Below are positions 9,666 through 18,491 of a stretch of DNA of 64,000 nucleotides, piece by piece. Every line of letters starts with the position of its first letter. Position 1 is the first letter of the stretch. A program made the translations under genes and the position numbers. Under the pieces are notes generated by a model, which was given only the letters and a program-made list of their open reading frames with translations, was not told the DNA's origin and searched no databases. This DNA comes from an uncultured Oscillospiraceae bacterium (lineage in GTDB: Bacteria > Bacillota > Clostridia > Saccharofermentanales > UBA5734), in assembly GCA_963827665.1 (NCBI GenBank), contig CAWHBQ010000006.1, positions 191,953 to 255,952 on the forward strand, given 5' to 3'.

Positions 9666-10460
9666 ATGAGTCAAGCCACCCCCGTTGCCCATGAAAAACT
9701 CAAGGAACTGGCTTCTGCCCTGCGCCAGGCTGAAAAAACGTGCGTCCCGATCGGACCCGTATCGAAACTTGCGGATCTGACCATTCCCGACGCCTACGCG
9801 ATCCAGTTGATGAATATCAACGACAAACTGGCCGAAGGGCAGAGGATTACCGGTAAGAAAATCGGTCTGACCTCACTAGCCATGCAGAACCTGCTCGGTG
9901 TCAACCAGCCCGACTTCGGCCATCTGCTGGATTCGATGGCTGTCAAGAACAACACGATCGAAATCAAAACCATGGTTCAGCCCAAGGTCGAAGGTGAAAT
10001 TGTCTTTGTCCTGAAAAAAGACCTCCAGGGACCTGGCATCACCGTTGAAGACGTCCTTGATGCCACCGATTACGTGGCCGCAGCGATCGAAATCGTCGAC
10101 AGCCGTGTCGCGGACTGGAAGATCAATATCATCGACACCGTCTCGGACAACGCTTCCTCTGGCATGTATGTCTACAGCGACAAGCATGTCGATCCGCGGA
10201 CCATTGACCTCAAGGCTGTGACCATGGACTTGCTTCGCAATGGCGAGAAAATCAACAGTGGCAAAGGTACGGACGTCCTTGGTGATCCTGCAAACTGTGT
10301 CGCCATGCTGGCCAACCAGCTCGCTGAATTCGACGTCACGCTGAAGGCCGGCGAAGTCATCCTGGCAGGCGCATTGTCAGCCATGAAAGCGGTTGAAGCC
10401 GGCGATGTCTGGACGGCATCATTTTCCGAACTAGGCGAGTGCTCGGTCAAATTCGTATAA
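9666..10460 (+). CDS. 2-oxopent-4-enoate (2-keto-4-pentenoate) hydratase (MhpD/BphH/TodJ family)
   Basis: Fumarylacetoacetate-hydrolase-fold hydratase family signature (KKIGLTS...QPKVEGEIVFVL...GAL). RBS CAGGAGG upstream of ATG 9666. Confidence 0.85.
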   Translation: MSQATPVAHEKLKELASALRQAEKTCVPIGPVSKLADLTIPDAYAIQLMNINDKLAEGQRITGKKIGLTSLAMQNLLGVNQPDFGHLLDSMAVKNNTIEIKTMVQPKVEGEIVFVLKKDLQGPGITVEDVLDATDYVAAAIEIVDSRVADWKINIIDTVSDNASSGMYVYSDKHVDPRTIDLKAVTMDLLRNGEKINSGKGTDVLGDPANCVAMLANQLAEFDVTLKAGEVILAGALSAMKAVEAGDVWTASFSELGECSVKFV

Positions 10461-10475
10461 GTCTGTGCCATTGGT

Positions 10476-10520
10476 TTGAATACAGATCCTGCCGGATTGA
10501 TAAAACGATCCGGCAGGATT
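10476..10520 (+). terminator. Rho-independent terminator after the hydratase gene
   Basis: atcctgccggat-tgataaaacg-atccggcaggat followed by ttttttg. A perfect 12-bp stem. Confidence 0.85.
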
Positions 10521-10568
10521 TTTTGTTCTGCGCGCCCGCTTGCAATAGCCTTGATGACAAATGGCGTA

Positions 10569-10598
10569 GATGACATCAGGAACAAATGACCTCTATAA
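10569..10598 (+). promoter_or_regulatory. Putative promoter (aTGACA -18- TATAAT) upstream of the membrane-protein gene
   Basis: Hexamers read directly, 30 nt upstream of the RBS CGGAGG and ATG 10631. Confidence 0.3.
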
Positions 10599-10630
10599 TG
10601 AAACTAAAGTAAATCACCCGGAGGCTTTGC

Positions 10631-11386
10631 ATGGACTGGCTTGACTTCGTTTTTATGGCGGCACCGACACTGTTGCTGTTTGCGATCGGTTACCTGATCC
10701 GGTTTCGCAAAGCCTATTGGCTGATCTCAGGTTACAACACAATGTCTGCAGCCAAAAAGCAAAAAGTGGACACCGAGAAACTTGGCCGTTTGATGGGGAA
10801 CATGTGTTTCCTCATGGGCGCGATCATGTTCACCGGTATCCTGCTGATCTATTTTCGGCTGGCTGTCCTCGGATTCATCATCCTCGGCTGTTTGATCCCG
10901 GTGATCTTATACATTCTCATTGCCGCCCAGAAATATGATGGCAATAATTTCGACGAATCCGGCCGCATGAAAACGGGTGCCAAAATCATTGTCGGGTCGA
11001 TTGTCGTTGGTTTGCTGGTCCTGTTGTCTTTTGTCGGCAGCCTGGTCTACCAGGGTTTTCAACCCTCTGCAATCGCGTTTGATGGGGCCGTCTTGAAAAT
11101 CAGTGGATCTTATGGCCAATCGATCCTGGTCCAGGATATCCAGGCCCTCCAACTGACTGAAGAACTACCAGTCATCGAAATGCGAACGAATGGCTCCGCG
11201 ATTGGCGACCGGTTGCGCGGCCATTTTCGCCTGCAGGATATCGGCCAGGCGATGCTGTATCTTAAGATTGGCAATCCACCCTATGTCTCGATCCGGACTG
11301 CGACGCAGAAAATCTATCTCAATCTGGAAACACCTGAACAGACACAAAGCCTGTTTTCGCAAATCGACAAGGCCATGCACCCATAG
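10631..11386 (+). CDS. Membrane protein: DUF3784-like N-terminal half (GYNTMS...EK..KYD pattern) and a bacterial-PH-like C-terminal half
   Basis: 3-4 predicted TM helices and the DUF3784-like signature. No enzymatic motif. Confidence 0.55.
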   Translation: MDWLDFVFMAAPTLLLFAIGYLIRFRKAYWLISGYNTMSAAKKQKVDTEKLGRLMGNMCFLMGAIMFTGILLIYFRLAVLGFIILGCLIPVILYILIAAQKYDGNNFDESGRMKTGAKIIVGSIVVGLLVLLSFVGSLVYQGFQPSAIAFDGAVLKISGSYGQSILVQDIQALQLTEELPVIEMRTNGSAIGDRLRGHFRLQDIGQAMLYLKIGNPPYVSIRTATQKIYLNLETPEQTQSLFSQIDKAMHP

Positions 11387-11482
11387 CACACCAAAAGCGA
11401 TGCAGCATTTATGCAGCATGAGCAGGGCTGCAAATTTACTGGCTGGCCATTGACTGGCTAACAAAGAGGGGTTCATATCCAT

Positions 11483-11854
11483 ATGGTACTGAAAATTCTG
11501 GATGGAGAATTTACCGTCGGCCAGGCGACCGATTTTTCCGAGGTCGATTTCCAGGCTGACTTCCTTTTCCTGGCTAAAACTGATGAAGAGGTTTCGATTG
11601 TTTGCCGGACAAAAAAGGCACCAGCCAACCTGACAGCAGCTGAGTATGGGTGGCGCGCTTTCAGGATCGAAGGACAACTGGATTTTTCCCTGGTCGGCAT
11701 CCTGGCCCGGATCGCCTCAATCCTGGCTCGGCAGCAGATCAGTGTCTTTGTCGTGTCGACCTTCAGGACAGATTATGTTCTGGTCAAGTCAAAACAACTG
11801 GCACTGGCGATCGACGCCCTCACAGCCGCCGGGTATGTGTGTGAATCGTTGTAG
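11483..11854 (+). CDS. ACT-domain-containing protein
   Basis: 123 aa, beta-alpha-beta-beta-alpha-beta ACT-like pattern with conserved Gly (LVGILARIASILA). Small regulatory-domain-only protein. Confidence 0.6.
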   Translation: MVLKILDGEFTVGQATDFSEVDFQADFLFLAKTDEEVSIVCRTKKAPANLTAAEYGWRAFRIEGQLDFSLVGILARIASILARQQISVFVVSTFRTDYVLVKSKQLALAIDALTAAGYVCESL

Positions 11855-11893
11855 TTTCGATAAATTGCCTGTTGAAGTGGTGAGGGACGATCG

Positions 11894-12424
11894 ATGAACC
11901 GGAAAATCATCCTGAATCTGGCGATGAGTCTCGATGGTTATATCGCCGATGAGAACGGCCTTTTTAATTGGATTAAAGGTGATGGCAGCAAGGCTTTGGA
12001 CACTCAAACCAAATGGGACTATGCCAAGTTCCTTGAGCAGGTTGACCTTGTGGTCATGGGCCGGAAATGCTATGACCAGGGATTAATCGAAGACTTCAAA
12101 GACAAGCAGATTCTTGTCGCCACATCGCAAAACCGCCAGGATGTCGATAACATCCGGTTTATCAGCGGGGATATTTGCGATTATGTCCTCCGGGAACGCC
12201 AGAAAGAAGGCGATGACATCTATCTGTTCGGCGGCGGCGTGCTGGTCGATCCTTTCATCAAAGCCGACATCATCGATGAATATATCATCGGCGTCATTCC
12301 GATCATTCTTGGCCGGGGAAGGCTACTCTTTTCAGGTGGTCATTCGGCCATCCCGCTTAAACTGGAAGAATACATCATCGAAGAAGGTGTCGTTATCTTG
12401 CGCTACATTCGGCGGTCAATGTAA
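11894..12424 (+). CDS. Dihydrofolate-reductase-like family protein (RibD C-terminal domain / YwjB-like)
   Basis: MNRKIILNLAMSLDGYIADENG ... LVMGRKCYD ... IYLFGGG signature of the RibD_C/DHFR-like family. Confidence 0.8.
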   Translation: MNRKIILNLAMSLDGYIADENGLFNWIKGDGSKALDTQTKWDYAKFLEQVDLVVMGRKCYDQGLIEDFKDKQILVATSQNRQDVDNIRFISGDICDYVLRERQKEGDDIYLFGGGVLVDPFIKADIIDEYIIGVIPIILGRGRLLFSGGHSAIPLKLEEYIIEEGVVILRYIRRSM

Positions 12425-12604
12425 TATCCGAAGCGATCAACAGTCGATTGAACATTGTTTGTCACTCCTTCGTGAACCTGCAGGATCAGTCGTCCGAGCC
12501 AGCTTTGTCGATTGAAATCCATGGCATCATCTAGCTACCATTTTGGTACGGGCCAGATGGAAATATCCTCGAACAGGATGCATAATCAAGTTAGAGGATT
12601 ACCT

Positions 12605-15160
12605 ATGAATCATTCTGACGCGACTTCGGTCACGGATTCTGTTCGTCAGGACAAGACTTTGTCAGGTTTGGATGCTCAGACTGTCCTGGACCGCAGGGCC
12701 CAGTATGGCGAGAACAGGCTTCCCGGTGAAGTCGGTGTTTCGGTTTGGGAAATCCTGCAAAACCAAATCAAGAGTCCTTTGGTCTATATCATCCTGGCCG
12801 CAGCTGGCGTCTCGCTGGTGCTCGGTGAATTCGGAGATTTCGGCATCATCATGGTTGTTGTGGTTGTCGATGTCATCATGGGGTTGATCCAGGAATATAA
12901 GGCTCAGCAGACCTATGTCGCTTTAAAAGGCTTGTTGCACCCGACGACAACCGTCATCCGGGACGGACAGCGACTTGAAGTTGAGGTTTGGGAACTGGTT
13001 CCTGATGATCTGGTTGTCCTGTCTGCCGGTGAAAAAGTTCCCGCCGACGGGATTCTGATTGAAGCGACAAAATTGACCCTCGATGAATCGGTCCTGACAG
13101 GTGAAAGTGAACCGGTCAACAAAGAATCAGGGGTCATCAGGACTGGCTTGACAGATCAAGGCATGATGGCAGAGCCAGGCGTCTCGGCAACAGACATAGC
13201 TCAAGACACTCGTGTTTTCATGGGCACAACCGTAGTCACTGGAAGGGGCATTTTCCGGGTCCGGCAGACCGGACTCGCGACTGAACTGGGCCAGATCGCT
13301 GCAAGTATCAGCAGTCAGGCTGAGGAAGATACGCCTTTCCAGATCCGATTGAAATCTTTCAGCAAACTCCTGACTCGAGTCGTTGTCAGTTTCACGGTAC
13401 TGATCCTCATCGTCGGCCTGATCATGGGCCGAGAATTCTTCGACATGCTGCGCACCGCAATCATTCTGGCGATCGCGGCCGTCCCGGAGGGATTGCTGAT
13501 TGCTGTCACGGTCATCCTTGTCCTGGGCATGCGCAAGATCCTGAAGCGCCAGGGCCTGGTCAAGAAATTGCTGGCAGTTGAAACCTTGGGCTCAGTCACT
13601 GTCATCTGTACCGACAAAACAGGCACCTTGACTGAAGGCCGGATGAGGGTCAACCGTACCGATCTGGACGATGAGACCAAAGCTTTGCAGGCGATGGTGC
13701 TTTGCAATAATCTCGAGGGCCCCGTCGATATTGTCCTCTGGGCGTTTGCAGAGCAGAAGCTGGCGATCGCCCCGCAGACCTTGATGGATCAGACCGAACG
13801 GCTGGCCGAGGAATTATTCACGAGTGAAACAAAATTCATGATAGTCGAAGTCACTGGCGGCCCATTTGGCGCTGGCCATGCCTGTTTCCTCAAAGGCGCT
13901 CCGGAAATCGTCCTGGCGATGTGCCATGTTCAGGACGATCAACTGCAGGGCATCTCGGCAGAAGTCGACGCATGGGCAGGTGAAGGCCTGCGCCTGATCG
14001 GCTTGGCCTACCGCTTCGATGGCCCGTTCGAAGATCATAGTGGATATACTTGGCTTGGCTTGGTTGGCATGGAAGATCCGATCCGCGAAGCCGTCCCCGC
14101 TTCGATTCAGGCTGCCCGCCATGCCGGCATCCAGATCAAGATGATCACCGGCGATTACCGCCTGACCGCAGAGCGCATCGCTGAAGAAATCGGCCTGAAA
14201 GACGATGCAAGCCAGACTTTGGAAGGTGAGGAAATCGCCAGGCTGTCTGATGCCCAGCTTCAGGCAGAAGTCGGGCGGACCTCCGTTTTTGCCCGGATCC
14301 GGCCCCAGGATAAGTTCAGGATCATCAAAGCACTGCAGGCGAATGGTGAAATCACGGCGATGATCGGTGACGGGGTCAACGATGCACCCGCCTTGAAACG
14401 TGCCAACATCGGTGTTGTGGTCGGCTCTGCCACTGATGTGGCCAAAGAAACAGCGGACCTGATCCTGCTCGATAGTTCGTTCAGTACGATCGTCGCCGCG
14501 ATCGAAGAAGGACGGGTCATTTTTGCCAACATCCGGAAAGTCGTTGCCTATACCTTGTCCAACTCATTTGCCGAAGTCCTGACAATTTTCACAGCGATGA
14601 TCCTGCGCTGGCCACCCCCATTGATTGTAGCCCAGATTCTCTGGATCCACCTGATTTGCGATGGTCCTTCGGACATTGTCCTCGGGTTCGAACCCAAAGA
14701 AGATGGCATCATGGCGGAAAAGCCTCGAGCACTGAAAGAACCGGTCCTGACCCGGCTGGCGATCGTCCTGATCGGCGTCATCAGCATTTTCAGCGCCATT
14801 TTCACCCTCATCCTGTTCCATCACTTTTATCAGGTTCACCAGAGTGCGATTGAAGGCCGCAGTGTTGTCTTTGCCAGTTTTGCCATTAATTCGATGGTCT
14901 ATATCTTTGCTTACCGCAGCATGCGCCTGCCCCTCTTCCGGATGAACCGCCTGTCGGCCAACAAGCCCCTGATCTGGGCAGTTCTCGGGGGCGTCCTGAC
15001 AGCACTCGTCGCTTTCTGGGTCCCAGGTTTACGCGAACTGCTCGGACTAGTCCCCCTCACGTGGACCGAATGGGCACTCGTCTTCGGTTTTGCCCTGTCA
15101 CTGCTAGGGATAGTCGAGATCGGCAAAGCAATCGCCAATCGATCGTCCGATATAAATTGA
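12605..15160 (+). CDS. P-type cation-transporting ATPase (type II, Ca2+/Mg2+-like)
   Basis: DKTGTLT phosphorylation motif, TGES actuator motif, KMITGD, GDGVNDAPAL hinge, 10 TM. Start chosen at MNHSD (RBS GAGG), 31 codons inside the track ORF. Confidence 0.9.
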   Translation: MNHSDATSVTDSVRQDKTLSGLDAQTVLDRRAQYGENRLPGEVGVSVWEILQNQIKSPLVYIILAAAGVSLVLGEFGDFGIIMVVVVVDVIMGLIQEYKAQQTYVALKGLLHPTTTVIRDGQRLEVEVWELVPDDLVVLSAGEKVPADGILIEATKLTLDESVLTGESEPVNKESGVIRTGLTDQGMMAEPGVSATDIAQDTRVFMGTTVVTGRGIFRVRQTGLATELGQIAASISSQAEEDTPFQIRLKSFSKLLTRVVVSFTVLILIVGLIMGREFFDMLRTAIILAIAAVPEGLLIAVTVILVLGMRKILKRQGLVKKLLAVETLGSVTVICTDKTGTLTEGRMRVNRTDLDDETKALQAMVLCNNLEGPVDIVLWAFAEQKLAIAPQTLMDQTERLAEELFTSETKFMIVEVTGGPFGAGHACFLKGAPEIVLAMCHVQDDQLQGISAEVDAWAGEGLRLIGLAYRFDGPFEDHSGYTWLGLVGMEDPIREAVPASIQAARHAGIQIKMITGDYRLTAERIAEEIGLKDDASQTLEGEEIARLSDAQLQAEVGRTSVFARIRPQDKFRIIKALQANGEITAMIGDGVNDAPALKRANIGVVVGSATDVAKETADLILLDSSFSTIVAAIEEGRVIFANIRKVVAYTLSNSFAEVLTIFTAMILRWPPPLIVAQILWIHLICDGPSDIVLGFEPKEDGIMAEKPRALKEPVLTRLAIVLIGVISIFSAIFTLILFHHFYQVHQSAIEGRSVVFASFAINSMVYIFAYRSMRLPLFRMNRLSANKPLIWAVLGGVLTALVAFWVPGLRELLGLVPLTWTEWALVFGFALSLLGIVEIGKAIANRSSDIN

Positions 15161-15390
15161 CTGGGGTCAATTTTCTATGACTTGCTCCCACTACTCGACT
15201 CGTCAGTAATAAATTGACAGCGGTCAGTTTCTTACGACTTGCTCCCACTACTCGACTCGTCGGAAATAAATTGACAGCGGTCAATTTCTTATGACTTGCT
15301 CCCACTACTCGACTCATCGGTCATAAACTGACGGGGGTCAGTTTTCTATGACTTGCTACCGCTACTCGACTCGTCCGATATAAACTGACC
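15152..15390. repeat. Tandem direct repeat: four 57-bp units (15152, 15209, 15266, 15323) plus an 11-bp partial. Each unit contains the TTGACAGCGGTCAA palindrome.
   Basis: Units are about 90% identical. The array begins in the last codons of the ATPase gene and ends inside the last codons of the convergent lipoprotein gene. Each unit re-encodes DESSSGSKS-stop on the minus strand. Confidence 0.95.
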
Positions 15391-17391
15391 CAAGTAGGGC
15401 TTCAGGCTCTGGACTGTCCTGGTGATGTAGTCGTCGACGGCCATGCTCTGGTTGAAGTTGCCCTTGTCGGCCATGGTCTTGACGAAAGGTTTCAGTTTCT
15501 CCTCCAGACCAGCAGCGGTGAGATCCCAGGCCGCTGATTTGGCCCCTTCGATACAACCTTTCCGTTCATTGTTCTCATAGTCAAACGCCCAGTGATAGGC
15601 CCATTTATACATGAAGAAACCGCCGATCCACTTGTAGGATACTTCAGGATCGGAGAAGTACTTGGCGTCGATCGAGCCACCCAGGACACTGCTGAAGCGA
15701 TTGTAAAGCAAGTCATAGACGATGCCCATCCAGGTGTCAGTGCTCTTGACGGTGACATACTTGGCGATCATGTCCTGCGCCAATTCTTTGCACTGGGTGG
15801 CGACAATCGCGCCAATCGGACCGGTCAAGGTGCCGAGGACAACGTTGAATGCCCGGTCATTCAGCCATTGCACCCATTCGGCCGTGTAAAGGGCCCAGTC
15901 ATACCAGGCTGCTTCATCATCATAGTCGGCTTTCTGCTTCATGATGATGTCGTACGCGACACTCCAGGTTTCCTTGCGGTACTGCTTCAGGTCATCGACA
16001 CCCATGTAGTGCTTGCAGTCTTCCAGCTCGGCCAGCTTGGCTGGGCGTTTGGAGACCGGAAAGAAGTTATTGATGATCTTCTTGCAGTAATCATATTCCT
16101 GCTGCCAGCTGCCCTTGCTCTCGGACAGATAAGCCGGCAGGATCGCAAACGGAATCTCGACATCGAAATAGTCGAGGCCATTGTCGACCGTAGCCGTGAG
16201 GGTGAACCTGTAGCGTTCCCCCTTTTTACCTGGGATGACTTTGTCCAGGTAAATTGAGAATTTGCCGGTTGGTGTGTTTGAAGGGCGTTCGCCTTCGAAA
16301 TTGGTGACGAGGTTGGCGGTTTCCAGGAGCGCTTCGGCTTTTTCATCTTTCGGATCAGGATCGGACAGCGAAAATTCATCACTGGCAAACACGGCAGTGT
16401 CCGCCTTGAGTTTCTTGCCCTCGTTGTCCCAGCGCTGGTAGCACAGGTCGAAGATAGACGCTTTCATCGCACCGCCGCTGCCTTCACTGCCCTCGGCCAA
16501 TTCAGCCTTGATCAGGAACGCATTGGTTTCACGGTCAAAGTCCAGCGTTTCCATCCGGAACAGCCCCTCACGCCAGACATATACCTCACAGTAGTCGCTG
16601 AGCTCCTTATCTCCCTGGCTCGCCCGGACAACCAGCTTGCCTTTTGAATAGTGATCTTTGCTACCACCACTGGTTTCTTCGGAGTCACATTCCGTCACGA
16701 CCAGTTTGGCCTTGTTGCCCAGTTCCGAAACGTCTTGAAGCTCGAAATTGCATAATTTCTCAGCACCAAATTCTGGCTCTGGGGACGACATCTGCCAAGG
16801 TTCAGCTCCCGGATTTTTAATGTCGACGGTGAACTCGGCGGACTCGCCGGATTTGGAGAGGAAATTGCAATTGAGCGGCTTGATCACAAGTGAGGCCTCG
16901 GCCTCATAGGGGAGCCGGAAAATGACCGAGTATTTCTTCTTGGCGTGGGTGCAGCGGGCTTTGATGACGATTTTCGCGGGCGGGGCGGAGGTGACATTTG
17001 CTGGTGTGATGCCGGTGACGATAACCGCAGCCCAGTCACCGATCATTTCCATCGGGCTGACATCGACCCAGCCAGTCCCTGTTGAGACCTGATAGGAGAT
17101 GCTGGCTGTCTCATCGGGCAGGACGACAAGCCCTTGTTCGGTCATGGAACAGCATTGGGTATACAGGAATACCGGATCACCGCCGGAAACGATCTTTTCA
17201 ACCCCTTCAGGCATCAAGGTTTTCTGGAGGAAAAAATTATCATCCCCTGGATTTTCCTGGTCCGGATTGTCTTGAGTCGTATCAACGTCCTGACAGTTGC
17301 AGGAGGCCAGGATACCTGCGAGGGTTGTAACGGCTGCTGCGGCAAAGCTGCTGCTGCTGGAGTTGGTTACAAAATCTGTTCTGTACTTCAT
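15346..17391 (-). CDS. Large secreted lipoprotein, uncharacterised (681 aa)
   Basis: Lipobox ILAS-C after a hydrophobic stretch. No recognisable catalytic motif. Last gene of a tight 3-gene minus-strand operon. Confidence 0.6.
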   Translation of the reverse strand: MKYRTDFVTNSSSSSFAAAAVTTLAGILASCNCQDVDTTQDNPDQENPGDDNFFLQKTLMPEGVEKIVSGGDPVFLYTQCCSMTEQGLVVLPDETASISYQVSTGTGWVDVSPMEMIGDWAAVIVTGITPANVTSAPPAKIVIKARCTHAKKKYSVIFRLPYEAEASLVIKPLNCNFLSKSGESAEFTVDIKNPGAEPWQMSSPEPEFGAEKLCNFELQDVSELGNKAKLVVTECDSEETSGGSKDHYSKGKLVVRASQGDKELSDYCEVYVWREGLFRMETLDFDRETNAFLIKAELAEGSEGSGGAMKASIFDLCYQRWDNEGKKLKADTAVFASDEFSLSDPDPKDEKAEALLETANLVTNFEGERPSNTPTGKFSIYLDKVIPGKKGERYRFTLTATVDNGLDYFDVEIPFAILPAYLSESKGSWQQEYDYCKKIINNFFPVSKRPAKLAELEDCKHYMGVDDLKQYRKETWSVAYDIIMKQKADYDDEAAWYDWALYTAEWVQWLNDRAFNVVLGTLTGPIGAIVATQCKELAQDMIAKYVTVKSTDTWMGIVYDLLYNRFSSVLGGSIDAKYFSDPEVSYKWIGGFFMYKWAYHWAFDYENNERKGCIEGAKSAAWDLTAAGLEEKLKPFVKTMADKGNFNQSMAVDDYITRTVQSLKPYLGQFISDESSSGSKS

Positions 17392-17396
17392 AATCT

Positions 17397-18491
17397 CTAA
17401 TACCTCGATCCTTTTTCGTCACAGAGCGTGATATCCGGGCTGATCGGGCAACCACCGAGACATAGCTCCCGTTTGCTGCACGAAGGACATGACTGTTGGT
17501 GGAAATTTCGGAACGCATCAAATGCGCTGCTGCGCCAGGCCTGCTGGATCGAATGCGTGCGCAAGGAAACGCCCCACTGCTGATGCTGGTCAAAACTGCA
17601 GGGCACCATCTGCAGATCAGTTGTGATATAGGCTGAATACCTGGCAGCTTCACACGCATCATAGCAGTCCTTATCGACGACCCGAGTGCTGTTCAGCACC
17701 CCGGGGACGCTGCAGCTGTCAAAACCGATTTTGGACAATCCATACGGGGTGTCGATCAGCGAGAAAAAGTGGCGTGTCCGCTCATCGAACGTGATCATAT
17801 CTTCTTTGCGGCCTTGGCCAATTGGTTTGAACAACAGGAAGATGATCCGGTTGATGCCCTCGGGCAACCGCTGGTTCTCGATCAGATCGATTGCCTCATC
17901 GATGCTTTGCCGACTGAGCACATAATGGATGTTGACTTTCGATCCGGCTTCAAGCAGCAGGTCAATGGCCAGGCGGGTGTAATCATTGCGGTACCAGCTG
18001 ACGGCCGATGCGCCGCAATACTGGCTGATCAGGCGCGCTTTTTCCCGGTCGAGCTGGAAGCCCGATGTCGTCATATTGGGAACAATCCCATTCTCCCTGC
18101 TGTAGGCGAGGATTTCCGCAAAATGCTCATGCTGGTCCGGATCGCCACGCCCGCCGAGCGCAAACTGGAAGACTTTCCCCTTGCACTGGTCGACAACGAG
18201 CTTGAAGTCCTCGAGCTGCATATTTGGCTGGGTGATCGTGGCGCCACTCTGGTAGCAATAATTACCAGCGGCGCTGCAACGCCCGGAAAGACCGTGGTTG
18301 CAATGGCCCATGATCCCGACATCCAGCAAATGGGGGAAGGAAGATCGGAAAGGATCAACCCCTGTGTCTGTGCCGGATTCATCAAGCAGGCCTGTGCGCA
18401 GGTATTCACCCGTCCGGGGATTGAAGAAGCTGTTAAACGACAGCTCTTCATCGGCGAGACGGATAAAGGGGCTGTTGCTATTTCCGGGCAT
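17397..18491 (-). CDS. Cys-rich radical-SAM/SPASM-like enzyme with non-canonical N-terminal Cys spacing
   Basis: C-terminal twitch/SPASM pattern CYDACEAARYS...C...SCPSCSKRELCLGGCP (Cx2Cx5Cx3C). N-terminal cluster reads GHCNHGLSGRCSAAGNYC (CX7CX6C) instead of CX3CX2C. Gly-rich GGRGD like a SAM-binding GGE motif. 364 aa. Confidence 0.5.
   Translation of the reverse strand: MPGNSNSPFIRLADEELSFNSFFNPRTGEYLRTGLLDESGTDTGVDPFRSSFPHLLDVGIMGHCNHGLSGRCSAAGNYCYQSGATITQPNMQLEDFKLVVDQCKGKVFQFALGGRGDPDQHEHFAEILAYSRENGIVPNMTTSGFQLDREKARLISQYCGASAVSWYRNDYTRLAIDLLLEAGSKVNIHYVLSRQSIDEAIDLIENQRLPEGINRIIFLLFKPIGQGRKEDMITFDERTRHFFSLIDTPYGLSKIGFDSCSVPGVLNSTRVVDKDCYDACEAARYSAYITTDLQMVPCSFDQHQQWGVSLRTHSIQQAWRSSAFDAFRNFHQQSCPSCSKRELCLGGCPISPDITLCDEKGSRY

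Noticed and set aside
15057-15317. 86-aa minus-strand ORF (MSRVVGASHKKLTAVNL... repeated)
   Set aside because: This is the repeat array read in a third frame. The periodic peptide is a by-product of the 57-bp (19-codon) periodicity.
15152-15390. Possibility that the 57-bp repeats are a CRISPR array
   Set aside because: The units abut each other with no unique spacers, are 57 bp long, and no cas genes are present. They are a tandem minisatellite derived from a gene 3' end.
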